IMG/VR virus record: IMGVR_UViG_3300031965_000029 | Span: 1 to 60,180 of that record | Origin: a virus | Length of the DNA: 60,180 bases | Strand: one strand, 5' to 3' | Shown: piece by piece, positions 43,814 through 52,859 of the stretch | Position numbering within the stretch: position 1 is the first letter of the stretch | Layout of the letters: every line of letters starts with the position of its first letter | The notes under the pieces: model-generated | The model's input: only the letters and a program-made list of their open reading frames with translations | Told to the model about the DNA's origin: nothing | Databases searched by the model: none | Made by a program: the position numbers and the translations under genes

Positions 43814-44196
43814 GATTTCCCCATCATCTTATCGTAAAGAACACGCATCCCCAGAGCCGGGTCTGCTTCGACCATTTCGTTTTCTTCGTCTTCGGATTCG
43901 ATGGATAGCGCCACGATCTGAATTTCGATACGGCAATCTTGCTTTGCTTCGCCTTCTTGGTTTTCGACTTCGTTGTTGGAAATCGATGTGATCTTTCCCA
44001 ATGCATGAAGATGGCAGATACCGCCGACAAACGCATCAGCCGTATCAAGTTTCATTTTTTCAAGTTCGTCTTGCGTCAAAGAAATCCGAAGCCCATAGGG
44101 GTATCGTGGCCGCATAGAAACAACCTCGCCAACAGAAGGACCATCATCATTATCTTCGGCTGCCTGAGCCATATCTACCATCGCATACATCATCAA
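43810..44196 (-). CDS. hypothetical acidic protein (ends RVLYDKMMGKS)
   Basis: ORF track; coupled. Confidence 0.55.
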   Translation of the reverse strand: MMMYAMVDMAQAAEDNDDGPSVGEVVSMRPRYPYGLRISLTQDELEKMKLDTADAFVGGICHLHALGKITSISNNEVENQEGEAKQDCRIEIQIVALSIESEDEENEMVEADPALGMRVLYDKMMGKS

Positions 44197-44582
44197 ACCT
44201 CCATCTCAAGTGCGGCGGCTGGCATCTCTGCCGCCATCGCGGTATCAACAGCAGCCATATCTTCGGCACCAACAGCAGCTTCTTCCGCATCAGCGGTTTC
44301 CATGCCATCCAGCATATCGCGGAATGCCTTTTCATGTCGTGACGCCATGGTGCGGAACTGCTCACGCATGTTGCCGTGGAAATCGCGGCGTTCGGACTCA
44401 TGGGATTTGTGCAACCCCTTAATGGCCTCCAAGAACTTATCGCTTGATTTTTTGACCTCGGAAACGGCCTTTTTCTCGCCCTTCGGTTCGGCGGAGGTTT
44501 CCGGCGCTGGAGCAGATTCCCGTTTCGGGCTGCTTTCGTTATCGTACAGCGCCTCTGCGCCTTTCTTGGTATCGTCGGCCAT
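44193..44582 (-). CDS. hypothetical protein (N-terminal ALYDNESSPK)
   Basis: ORF track; coupled. Confidence 0.55.
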   Translation of the reverse strand: MADDTKKGAEALYDNESSPKRESAPAPETSAEPKGEKKAVSEVKKSSDKFLEAIKGLHKSHESERRDFHGNMREQFRTMASRHEKAFRDMLDGMETADAEEAAVGAEDMAAVDTAMAAEMPAAALEMEV

Positions 44583-44594
44583 CTCGCGGTCCTT

Positions 44595-44876
44595 CTATTT
44601 CGGTGAACGGGGGTTGTCGTGCAGAACGCGCTTCTTCGCCCCAAATGCCAGGGCATCGCTTACGGTATTAGCCAGATCACCGGCCTCGCTGCCTTTAAAC
44701 CCCTGCTTCATAATTGGCTCCAGCGCGGCACCATAAGCCGTATCCTTGCGTTCCTTGTCGATCTTAATTTTCTTCTTCTCACCATTGCGGCGTGCGACAC
44801 GCTCCGCCATGCTGGCAAGTTCTTCGATCTTGCTCAACTGGTCGCCGGTGAGTTTGATTTCTTTATCGTCAGGCAT
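44595..44876 (-). CDS. hypothetical protein ending RVLHDNPRSPK
   Basis: ATG 44876 lies 22 nt after the KTSC stop (the ORF-track start at 44930 overlaps the KTSC gene). Confidence 0.55.
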   Translation of the reverse strand: MPDDKEIKLTGDQLSKIEELASMAERVARRNGEKKKIKIDKERKDTAYGAALEPIMKQGFKGSEAGDLANTVSDALAFGAKKRVLHDNPRSPK

Positions 44877-44898
44877 CTTCGTCGTCCTCGATGATAAG

Positions 44899-45138
44899 TC
44901 AGCTAGGGTTAGATTCGGCATTAGGATCAACCTTACGATATGAAAACTTTCCCTTGATCGTCTCCCGAAACCACTTCCCCGGAGATGGGCTTAACAACCC
45001 AACGGCAAAAACATCCTCTGGAACACCGTTATAGGCATAGATACCACCGCTTTTGAACGACACAAACATGGTCCGACCATCATGGCCGATGGCCTTCAAG
45101 TTCTTGGAAATCACGCTGGTCATCTGGGGTATCGTCAT
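44899..45138 (-). CDS. KTSC-domain protein
   Basis: LKAIGHDGRTMFVSFKSGGIYAYNGVPEDVFAVGLLSPSPGKWF fits the KTSC pattern. Confidence 0.7.
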   Translation of the reverse strand: MTIPQMTSVISKNLKAIGHDGRTMFVSFKSGGIYAYNGVPEDVFAVGLLSPSPGKWFRETIKGKFSYRKVDPNAESNPS

Positions 45139-45407
45139 TTCGACCTCGGATGATCGTATAGGGGAGATGGTTTTGGCTTTTCTCTATTTAAAGAAACTTC
45201 CCTTATTTCATCGTCCGTCAGCATCAACTTGGGGTCATTTTTGTATTTTGTTCTGTTTTTGATGATGTTGACGTAGGCGTTGTTGCGCTCAATATCCGAG
45301 ACTGAGCCTCCTTTGCCAAGTTCAGGGAATACTCTCCTCAATGATTTCATATCCTCTTTGGTTATTTCCTCCGAGTCGTCGGACAACATTTTCTTATCAG
45401 CCATCAC
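45135..45407 (-). CDS. hypothetical protein ending [10 protein letters not shown]
   Basis: ORF track; ATGA coupling. Confidence 0.55.
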   Translation of the reverse strand: MMADKKMLSDDSEEITKEDMKSLRRVFPELGKGGSVSDIERNNAYVNIIKNRTKYKNDPKLMLTDDEIREVSLNREKPKPSPLYDHPRSK

Positions 45408-45574
45408 TTGCTCCTTGGATGATCGTGTAACGGACTGCGTTTTCGTTCCGGCAGCTTACCACCTTTGTCCGCAGCCATGAAATCTTTTCCTACCGATTTA
45501 GGAATTTTTAGCGTCGATTTTCCACTGGCCGCCGATGCCATTGCTCGTCTCTGCTGTTCACTGACCGGTGGCAT
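45404..45574 (-). CDS. DUF3008-like small protein ending [10 protein letters not shown]
   Basis: [33 protein letters not shown] resembles DUF3008. The ORF-track frame extends to 45640. Confidence 0.5.
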   Translation of the reverse strand: MPPVSEQQRRAMASAASGKSTLKIPKSVGKDFMAADKGGKLPERKRSPLHDHPRSK

Positions 45575-45722
45575 TTTCCGCTTCCGCTCTATTGATGTTG
45601 TAGCGCACATAATCCCTGGCACCACGCAGGTATGGATCAAATGGGAACCGTCGTACCGCTTCCTCGGCGTCCGCCAATACTTCGTTCGCTGGTCTCAGTT
45701 CCCCTGAATACACCTCGGCCAT
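45558..45722 (-). CDS. small hypothetical protein (54 aa) overlapping the 3' tail of the ligase-like ORF
   Basis: GGCGGAGA SD 8 nt before ATG 45722. [42 protein letters not shown] looks more protein-like than the overlapping ligase tail. Confidence 0.4.
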   Translation of the reverse strand: MAEVYSGELRPANEVLADAEEAVRRFPFDPYLRGARDYVRYNINRAEAENATGQ

Positions 45723-46758
45723 GATGATCTCCGCCGAGATCGACGCCCACGCGAACCACATCCCGGCGGCGCAGCAGATAACCCGCAACCAAGGCCAAGA
45801 CAAAACCGGCGGCAGGGAAGTGAATCGGGAACGACACCACAAACTGAACAGATGCCCCACAAAAGACAGACATAATCGCAAGGTCTTGTTCCTTCCTCTT
45901 GAATATGGACCAAGGAATATATAGCACGGCCAACGCCGGGATGCCAATCTCTGCAAACATCTGGAGCGCATCGGAATGAACGAACCGTTCTACGGGGAAT
46001 GCCACCTGCGCCCAGCCAATTCCATTGCCAAGCGGCGTCAAAAACATCCCGGCTGTAATCCATAATGTCACACGATGGAATGCCGATGCGATTTTACCAT
46101 CACCGATGATGAATACTGCCGCCACCGCCGCCACAGCGAGCGCCGCCACAGCAACAGCCGTGATCCAGCGCGGCAACCGAACCCATGCAACATACAGCAG
46201 CCCAACGGCTACCGTAAGCACCGCTATTCTTGAATGGCACAGCAGCAAGGGAGCAACGCATAACGCAGCGAGTGCCCATTTTTTACGCACCACGGCCCAA
46301 ACAAATACCAGAGCGGAAAACTCTGAAACTACCTCGGAATTAAAAAACAACCCACCAAAACCGCCGCCCTGCGCGATGCGTCCGAACCCTGCATATTCCG
46401 CAATTATTAATGCCGACGATGCGGCCAGCCCAATCGCCATGCCGGAGAAAATATCGTCAAGCGATTCCATCGATGCCGCAGCCAGAAACGGCAGCACCAA
46501 GATCGCAGCCAGCATGAGGTCGTGGGTTCCTGTGAGCGCATCAGGTGACAGCATCAACGAAAACCCGGCGCACCCAAACAAAAACAAAAGCACCCCCAAC
46601 ACGGATGCGGGAAGGCGCTTAGGTTCGATTGCACAAAAAAGAGGCACAAGAACTGCAATAGCCGCCCAACGGGGGACAAAACCTGCCGAAAGGATACCGG
46701 CCCAGTAAGCCACGGATACCATAAATCCGATCAGGTAATGCCTCCAGTTGAGCGCCAT
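45637..46758 (-). CDS. O-antigen ligase/polymerase-like (Wzy_C-type) polytopic membrane protein
   Basis: At least 9 hydrophobic helices. [18 protein letters not shown] resembles the Wzy_C/WaaL periplasmic-loop motif. ATG 46758 lies 13 nt after the upstream stop. Confidence 0.6.
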   Translation of the reverse strand: MALNWRHYLIGFMVSVAYWAGILSAGFVPRWAAIAVLVPLFCAIEPKRLPASVLGVLLFLFGCAGFSLMLSPDALTGTHDLMLAAILVLPFLAAASMESLDDIFSGMAIGLAASSALIIAEYAGFGRIAQGGGFGGLFFNSEVVSEFSALVFVWAVVRKKWALAALCVAPLLLCHSRIAVLTVAVGLLYVAWVRLPRWITAVAVAALAVAAVAAVFIIGDGKIASAFHRVTLWITAGMFLTPLGNGIGWAQVAFPVERFVHSDALQMFAEIGIPALAVLYIPWSIFKRKEQDLAIMSVFCGASVQFVVSFPIHFPAAGFVLALVAGYLLRRRDVVRVGVDLGGDHHGRGVFRGTETSERSIGGRRGSGTTVPI

Positions 46759-46771
46759 TGCATATCTGGCC

Positions 46772-47254
46772 TTACTGAGACCGTTTCCACGTCGCCGAGG
46801 ACAGGGCATAAACGTAGCAATTGCGCGCATTAGCTGCCAACGTGGTCACGCCATCGGCCAAGGTCTGACCGGTATTTGCGGCAAGATAAATGTAGGTTAA
46901 TTCAGCCGTGGAGAAAATACAGGCTTCGGTGCCGTCGCTCGGATTTGGAGCCAAGGTGATATACCCATAAGCTAGAGTACCCGCAGGATCAAATGCAGCC
47001 AAAGCAACGGCGTTTCCGAAGGTATAGGTGAACAGGTTTGTTGGAATGGAGGTGTAATACCCCTTGGTGGCCGTGATCTGCGCCGGAGAGGCGTAAACAG
47101 ACTGTGCCGACGGCTGGCCGGATGGGATGACCTGGATACGGTCGGCGGTCGGGCTGATGGTGGAAACCTGCGGCAACGAGACCTGCGCCATAACGGCACC
47201 ACCGAAGGCAAGGACCATCACCAGAGAAATGGCAATAATGTGACGTTTATTCAT
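46772..47254 (-). CDS. Secreted protein (160 aa) with Sec-type signal peptide
   Basis: MNKRHIIAISLVMVLAFGGAVMA|QV. Confidence 0.6.
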   Translation of the reverse strand: MNKRHIIAISLVMVLAFGGAVMAQVSLPQVSTISPTADRIQVIPSGQPSAQSVYASPAQITATKGYYTSIPTNLFTYTFGNAVALAAFDPAGTLAYGYITLAPNPSDGTEACIFSTAELTYIYLAANTGQTLADGVTTLAANARNCYVYALSSATWKRSQ

Positions 47255-47266
47255 GGCGTGGACTCC

Positions 47267-47575
47267 TTAGCCAATGATGAGGTATGTATAAATGGATGTA
47301 TCGCCGGAAGTACCGGTGACATTAAACCCAGTTCCTGCGGTGAGGGACTGAACTGCTGGAACCGCACCAACGGTTCCACCAACAGTTTTGAGCCCGATCA
47401 GGATCAAAGAATCAGCGGTAACGGCGGTATCTGCAACATCTAACGGCGTGTCTTCCGTGAGAGTGAAGGTGCCACCCTGCGCCGCTACAGCGACAGCCTG
47501 CGGGCCTGCGGTCGCAACCAAAAACTGAAATGCGGTCGCAACATTGGAAAGTAGTTTCTGGCCGGACGGAAACAT
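47267..47575 (-). CDS. hypothetical structural-module protein (102 aa)
   Basis: ORF track. Confidence 0.55.
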   Translation of the reverse strand: MFPSGQKLLSNVATAFQFLVATAGPQAVAVAAQGGTFTLTEDTPLDVADTAVTADSLILIGLKTVGGTVGAVPAVQSLTAGTGFNVTGTSGDTSIYTYLIIG

Positions 47576-47595
47576 TTTTGGTTCTCCTTAAACGA

Positions 47596-47892
47596 TTAAG
47601 TGGCTACCGAGATTTTGTAGCCGTGCGGAACGCCCAGCAACCTTACCGTATTTGCCGGAAGATATTCAGTAGTCGCGGCGGCAGTCGGGTCTGCCCCAAC
47701 GGAAAAATGACAGGCTCCATCGGCGACAATTGCAATCATCTTGGTCTTGTCATTGAACGCCGACGACTGAGTGGCCGCCCCGATGGTGATCTTCTGGACA
47801 GCCAGCGAGGGTGCCGGGGGAACTCCCCCAGCAAAATACGTTCCCCCACCGGAGCCTACGTTTTCATATTCCTCGATGTAGCAGGAGGCCAT
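47596..47892 (-). CDS. hypothetical structural-module protein (98 aa)
   Basis: ORF track. Confidence 0.55.
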   Translation of the reverse strand: MASCYIEEYENVGSGGGTYFAGGVPPAPSLAVQKITIGAATQSSAFNDKTKMIAIVADGACHFSVGADPTAAATTEYLPANTVRLLGVPHGYKISVAT

Positions 47893-47898
47893 TTTTTA

Positions 47899-48696
47899 TT
47901 ACCCGTTCCGAACGATTGGTTCATGCACATCAAACCGGGAGCCGAACGTCGGCGCCATCGGTGCCGCCACGGTGCCCAGAACATTGATCGGTTTAGAATA
48001 ATCAATCGGTTCGACACCGGGGATCATCTTGCGAGGATCAGCGGCGCCAGAATTACCGACCTGTTCAAATTCCACCGGGGCCATGCGAAGAACCTTGGAC
48101 CCATCCAAAACGAAACTTGGGGCCGTGTTCTTGTTCATGTTGATGCCCAAGAGGCTGCCCATAAACGCGGCATGGATTTTCTTCGCCACGTCGTTGATGG
48201 GGTGCATCGCTTCGCTGGGAATACCCGGCCAATTGATTTCTTGCGGCATCATGCGCTCGGTGTGTTTGTCGAAATACTGCGGCTCGATCTTCCGTTCGGC
48301 CAAATAAACCTTGGCCTTGAGAGCGTAAACCGGCATTGCGTTTGCATCGCCAGCTTCACGGCGTTCGTGCGCCTCTACGATTAGACGGATCATGTTTTCC
48401 CGCGCGGATTCCATCTGACGCATTTCCTCCGGGGAGAAAACGCGCTTCTGAGATTGCGGGTCCATCATCTTCTTCATGTTCATGACGAGATCACTCAGAA
48501 GATTGCCCATGCCGTCATTCGACGACGCCACGGCCTGAGCCGGAGCAGAGATTGCTCCGGGTTCAAGCTGTGCCTTCAACTCCGCGAATAGAGCGTTTAC
48601 GCGCTCGTCAACGCGGGCGTTGATTTCTTGTTCACGACGATCAGATTCTGCATCGACTTGAACGCGAGGTTTCCTACCCATTTCATTGTCCTCCAT
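47899..48696 (-). CDS. hypothetical head-module protein (265 aa)
   Basis: AGGAG SD 9 nt before ATG 48696. Confidence 0.6.
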   Translation of the reverse strand: MEDNEMGRKPRVQVDAESDRREQEINARVDERVNALFAELKAQLEPGAISAPAQAVASSNDGMGNLLSDLVMNMKKMMDPQSQKRVFSPEEMRQMESARENMIRLIVEAHERREAGDANAMPVYALKAKVYLAERKIEPQYFDKHTERMMPQEINWPGIPSEAMHPINDVAKKIHAAFMGSLLGINMNKNTAPSFVLDGSKVLRMAPVEFEQVGNSGAADPRKMIPGVEPIDYSKPINVLGTVAAPMAPTFGSRFDVHEPIVRNG

Positions 48697-48711
48697 TTAT
48701 TTGACTCCTAG

Positions 48712-49287
48712 TTAAGCAACGCCGGAGAGATCGTAGTTCTTCGCTGCTTGGCGTCCAAACCAATCATCACGAACGCTCGTGACGATTGCCGAGGCGATGG
48801 TGCCAGCAGAGAAATTCGTACCCGCCGGAATGGCGAAGTTCAACCGCAAGAAACGCGGACGAAGATTCTCAGGGAACGGCGGCAGATACGGCAGGCGTGC
48901 GACCACCGTATTGGCAGTCCCCTGGGCGACAGAGATTTCACCGGATTCGCCGATGGTCTGCCACGTATCCGGGTTGCCGGTGCCGTCGTCTTCGGCGGCC
49001 TGCAACTGGACGTTCAGAGTCGGGGTGCCGGTGTCAGCCACCAGAGCAGTCCCGATGGTGACGTTCAGTTCAGGACGGATGGAGCCTACGCCCATGCCGT
49101 CGGCCTGACCGAAGTTCGTGGTGTTGCCGATGATGGGGTTGCCCGTGGTCGTGTTCGGGGCCACCACACCGACGCCAAGACCCAAGAAGTCAATGACGTT
49201 GGTGGAGGCAACATCCACGCCCGCAGCGGCGACCAAGGACAGGTTGCCGCCAATCGCCACAAAGGCTAGAAGTGCATCGTTACGCAT
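48712..49287 (-). CDS. Putative capsid decoration/cement protein (191 aa)
   Basis: Lies immediately downstream of the major capsid gene and is beta-rich. Assignment is by position only. Confidence 0.35.
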   Translation of the reverse strand: MRNDALLAFVAIGGNLSLVAAAGVDVASTNVIDFLGLGVGVVAPNTTTGNPIIGNTTNFGQADGMGVGSIRPELNVTIGTALVADTGTPTLNVQLQAAEDDGTGNPDTWQTIGESGEISVAQGTANTVVARLPYLPPFPENLRPRFLRLNFAIPAGTNFSAGTIASAIVTSVRDDWFGRQAAKNYDLSGVA

Positions 49288-49315
49288 GTTTTATTTCCTT
49301 CTTCTAAAGGCGCGA

Positions 49316-50365
49316 TTAGGAAACCGCAGCTTCGTTAATTAGCAGACGATCCGAAACCTTCACCGGGATACCACGGAACACGTCTTGCGGCTTGCCAGCG
49401 GCATCATTCACGGTCAGCAAGACGTTACGGTTACGCATACCTTGGGCATCCATCCAGAACCGAACAGTACGGTTGCAGTAGAACACCGGGCGCACGCCGG
49501 GGGAAGGATCGGTCGGAGCATCGACCTTGCCGAGGCCGGAGATGGTCTGGCCCAACGTCGGCGGCAGCAACACGGCCTGCGACATCAGCAGGAACAGGTC
49601 GGGGCCGCTGGCACCGGCTAGACCAGCCGTGGTCACGTCGAGGTTGGCGACACGCGCTGCGAAGCGCCAGTCTTCCGGCACGATGGCTGCCTGATGGCGG
49701 AACCAAGTCGTGTAGGCTTCAAAACGGTTGCCGACGCTATCCAGACCAGGAACCACGTCACCCTTGTCTTCGGAGGTCAGGCCAGCCTTGGAGCCGCGAG
49801 GATAGACGCCATAAACAGAGCGTTCGCCCCAGCACACCAACCACAGCGAGGCGTTCGAGGAACCAGTGCCGCCGCCATCGATGACGTTCTGCGCGTTCTG
49901 AGCCGAAGCCTGAGTCAGGGTGTTGTAGAACGGCGACAGGCCCATGAACTCGGACGGGTTCGTGGTGGTATTACCGTACCAAGCCGTTTCTTCCATGGTC
50001 TGACCCATGCCTTCGATGAAGGCAACATCTTCGTTCATACGGAACTGAGCGACGTTGCCGGAGTCTTCGGCCAACATACGGTCGATCTGGCTGTAGCCTT
50101 CAAGAGCGCCGATACCAACCTGCGCCTTGCCGGTGGTGGACTTGCCATACGGCGTGCCCATGTTATACGAACGCCAAGCGCCCGTCGGAATCGAGGTGCG
50201 GAACACGAAGCTGTGTCCGCCGATTTCGCTGCCTTCCTTCATCGGCATGTCGTCGAACATGACAACGGATTGGGAAAGCATTTCCGCGATATAAGCCTGC
50301 TTACCAGCGCCATCCATGCGCGAGGTAAGGTCCGCCAGTGTGCTCCATTGGCCGGTCGCCATCAT
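49316..50365 (-). CDS. Major capsid protein
   Basis: 349 aa; follows the scaffold gene as in T7-like head modules. Sequence looks HK97-fold-like from memory. Confidence 0.7.
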   Translation of the reverse strand: MMATGQWSTLADLTSRMDGAGKQAYIAEMLSQSVVMFDDMPMKEGSEIGGHSFVFRTSIPTGAWRSYNMGTPYGKSTTGKAQVGIGALEGYSQIDRMLAEDSGNVAQFRMNEDVAFIEGMGQTMEETAWYGNTTTNPSEFMGLSPFYNTLTQASAQNAQNVIDGGGTGSSNASLWLVCWGERSVYGVYPRGSKAGLTSEDKGDVVPGLDSVGNRFEAYTTWFRHQAAIVPEDWRFAARVANLDVTTAGLAGASGPDLFLLMSQAVLLPPTLGQTISGLGKVDAPTDPSPGVRPVFYCNRTVRFWMDAQGMRNRNVLLTVNDAAGKPQDVFRGIPVKVSDRLLINEAAVS

Positions 50366-50420
50366 AGTTCTCCTTGTTCAGTATGGGCGCCACTGGCCCG
50401 TTCGGTGGAATAAAAAAACA

Positions 50421-51329
50421 TCATTGCCTCGCCGAACGTGGGTTGTCGTAGAGGACTTTAGCGCCGCCCTTTTGACGTGACGGCGTTACATTGGTTGGCC
50501 CCATCGGGGCTTCGTCATAGACCTGAGCGATGCGGTGCATCATTTTCAGGAAGATCGGATGGTTGCCGACGCCAGTGGCTTCGAGCATCCCGTTGAACGC
50601 CTGCAAGTCGGCATCGTAACTCTTGGTGCCGGGACGTTCCGAAGACGCGAAGTTATCGCGCATACGGGCGATGGCCTGCATTGCGGTGTTGTGTCCGCTG
50701 CCACCAATTTCGTTGTCGGACAGGACTTCCTGACGCCACTGCTTCTTGGTTTCGTTGAACACATCCCACTGTTGCTGACGAACGGCGGCATCGTATTTCT
50801 GCATCATTTCATGGTGCAGGTCGATCAATGGCTGCGGATTGGTAGGATCGGCGCGGAACGCATCGAGCGCGGTGTGAGTCGCCGTTTTCGTGGCGTCATC
50901 CATCTTAAGCGTTTCGGGGAGTTCGTATTTGTACTCTACTGGTTCCGGCGCGGCAGGCGTCTCAGCAGCCGCTTCATCGGCGGCGGGTTCCTCGGCAGCA
51001 GCGGCATCGGCAGGCTTCTCAGCATCGGCCTTAGCTTCTGGATCGGCAGATACAGTGCCGGGTTTTCCTTCCTCAGCGTCTGCGGGTTTTTCTTCGGTCG
51101 CAGCAGCAGCCTCAGCAGGTTCTGCTGGCTTCTCGGTGCCCGGAGTTTCGATGCCACCGAGCAACGTGGTTTCAGCGCCCGTATCGGCCACAGTTTCAGC
51201 AGCAGCAGTCTCCGGCGCAGCAGCGGCGGAATCGGTCACAACGGTTTCAGGCGCAGCAACGGCCTCAGCCGGAGCAGTAGCCCCGGCATCAAACAGTTCA
51301 TTCTGTGCGGTTACATCAGCCATGTTCAA
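50421..51329 (-). CDS. Scaffolding protein (Ala/Glu/Pro-rich, acidic)
   Basis: Low-complexity acidic N-terminal half and helical C-terminal half; position between portal region and capsid; ends KVLYDNPRSARQ. Confidence 0.65.
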   Translation of the reverse strand: MNMADVTAQNELFDAGATAPAEAVAAPETVVTDSAAAAPETAAAETVADTGAETTLLGGIETPGTEKPAEPAEAAAATEEKPADAEEGKPGTVSADPEAKADAEKPADAAAAEEPAADEAAAETPAAPEPVEYKYELPETLKMDDATKTATHTALDAFRADPTNPQPLIDLHHEMMQKYDAAVRQQQWDVFNETKKQWRQEVLSDNEIGGSGHNTAMQAIARMRDNFASSERPGTKSYDADLQAFNGMLEATGVGNHPIFLKMMHRIAQVYDEAPMGPTNVTPSRQKGGAKVLYDNPRSARQ

Positions 51330-51721
51330 TTCGCTCCCTTTTTGAACGCTGGATCATTTTCTTGTCGCATAAGCATGACAAATTCTGGGTGCCTGCCGAA
51401 CCACTCCTGAAAAATGTGCTGCCCAACAAGCTGTTCGGCCAGGAACATCCAAGTCGTGCGCTCGTCAGGTGCGCCTGATGGTGTCGTCCCCATGCGGGCA
51501 TTAAACGGGTGGAGCCTCGCCAGAAGCCCCCACATTTCGCGGCGTCCGATTTCAGTCGAGAATATGGCGCGCCAAAATTCATCACGCTCCATTGCTTCCC
51601 GCTTCTTGCGGTTGCGGATTTTACGATGGGCCTCTGGATCAACAGCACTGGGCTGGGCATCTTCACCAGATTCGTCTGATACTGGCTCAGGGACTGGAGG
51701 CTCGTCGTATTCATCGCTCAT
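51326..51721 (-). CDS. hypothetical head-module protein (131 aa)
   Basis: ORF track; ATGA coupling. Confidence 0.55.
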   Translation of the reverse strand: MSDEYDEPPVPEPVSDESGEDAQPSAVDPEAHRKIRNRKKREAMERDEFWRAIFSTEIGRREMWGLLARLHPFNARMGTTPSGAPDERTTWMFLAEQLVGQHIFQEWFGRHPEFVMLMRQENDPAFKKGAN

Positions 51722-52164
51722 ACCGACCCTCCCGGCATCAAGATGCCGCCCTTAGAGGGGGACCAGCCAACAGGATGAACGGAACGGCTCGGCAGGGGAG
51801 GAACCACCGGGAGGATTGCCCCCATACGCCCCGTCGGCTGGGTCTTCAAACGCTCGGTGCTGAGGTGCAACTGGCGCATCGCGGAAGCCAACTTGTCAAA
51901 ATAGACGCGCGGCGCGTGGGAGCGCAGCCAATCGCCTGCCTTCTGATGACACTGGGCGGCATTCAATCCAATTTTCAGCCAGCGCGTATCTTCGCGCCAA
52001 TGGGCGGCCTGACGTGCGGCACCCTCGATCATCCTGAGATGTTCACGAAGCCGCATATAGTTCGGACCCGTCTTCGGGTCCGAGGATAATTTGTCACAGC
52101 ACTCCGCCGCAGCCTTGAAGCTGTCGGATAAACGCTGGAAAATTTCTTGCTCTGTCGTTGCCAT
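51718..52164 (-). CDS. hypothetical protein (148 aa)
   Basis: First ATG with a plausible N-terminus (MATTEQEIFQRL). The ORF-track frame extends to 52335, through the intergenic region. Confidence 0.55.
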   Translation of the reverse strand: MATTEQEIFQRLSDSFKAAAECCDKLSSDPKTGPNYMRLREHLRMIEGAARQAAHWREDTRWLKIGLNAAQCHQKAGDWLRSHAPRVYFDKLASAMRQLHLSTERLKTQPTGRMGAILPVVPPLPSRSVHPVGWSPSKGGILMPGGSV

Positions 52165-52280
52165 GGGAAAACATTCATGGATATTTTTCCGCCATGCAAC
52201 TAGATATTGACATCCCGGTATGTATGAGGATAACTTATTTGAATGGTGATTAACAAACGGGGTGCGAACGGGGTATCTGA

Positions 52281-52517
52281 ATGGCGAAAGAACAATTCTA
52301 CACTCGGAAAGAGGCCGCGATATACCTGACCTCAATAGGCTGTCCGGTGTCCCGGTTCACCTTGGCAAACAAAGCCGCGAACAACAACAAAGGTAACGGT
52401 CCGGAATTCATCGCGGCTGGCTGGAAGACGGTGCGGTATTCTAAAACCGCGCTCGATGAATGGGCGGCTCAGAAGGTTGTCAGGTTTCATCCTCCGGTTC
52501 GTCAGATGAATAAATAA
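52281..52517 (+). CDS. Excisionase/AlpA-like HTH (MerR-superfamily HTH_17) protein
   Basis: FYTRKEAAIYLTSIGCPVSRFTLANKA...YSKTALDEWA fits the excisionase-family HTH pattern. Confidence 0.6.
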   Translation: MAKEQFYTRKEAAIYLTSIGCPVSRFTLANKAANNNKGNGPEFIAAGWKTVRYSKTALDEWAAQKVVRFHPPVRQMNK

Positions 52518-52693
52518 TTCGCCCAGTGTGGCGTACGAGGCATATTAGGGTCGCTCCCTAGTCGGGCGATCGGTTGCCTGAAATTGACCGACAAGCTGGG
52601 GTGGGAAGCCCCGCACATAATTCGCCCGATTGGGAAACGAGTTGATGTAGCAGCACGGAAGGACGTGTTAATCAGTGGAGCGAGAATCCTGGG

Positions 52694-52763
52694 CGGGCGG
52701 TGGTGTAATGTTAGCACGCCGTGGGGGCCACGGAAGGCGGGGGTTCAATTCCTCCCTGCCCGC
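52694..52763 (+). ncRNA. tRNA-like element: canonical acceptor, D and T arms but a 5-nt anticodon loop (tRNA pseudogene, decoy or att remnant)
   Basis: Hand-folded. Acceptor CGGGCGG/CTGCCCG (C1-G72). U8. D arm GTGT-AATGTTA-GCAC. Anticodon stem CCGTG/CACGG enclosing only GGGGC. Variable loop AAGGC. T arm GGGGG-TTCAATT-CCTCC. No CCA. Confidence 0.5.
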
Positions 52764-52859
52764 ACATAAAACGAGGCATCCTTGTACACGCCTATCGCCC
52801 ACATAGTCGGTATCGAGTCCGGCCTACATCATTCACTACACCGCTCCTGGGGGGACGAA

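Noticed and set aside
45575-45640. Upstream extension ([22 protein letters not shown]) of the DUF3008-like ORF
   Set aside because: The family-typical N-terminus [12 protein letters not shown] begins at ATG 45574. The extension overlaps the ends of two other ORFs.
52207-52235. TTGACA followed 16-17 nt later by GATAAC/ATAACT as the island promoter
   Set aside because: The -10 match is poor (at best 4 of 6). It is kept only as a remark in the island finding.
52540-52625. Possible second tRNA upstream of the tRNA-like element (stem TCGGT/ACCGA, GGGG/CCCC hairpin, shared CCCGCACATAA tail)
   Set aside because: The candidate anticodon stem encloses a 12-nt loop, and no acceptor or T arm can be drawn. 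It is only a hairpin-containing leader.
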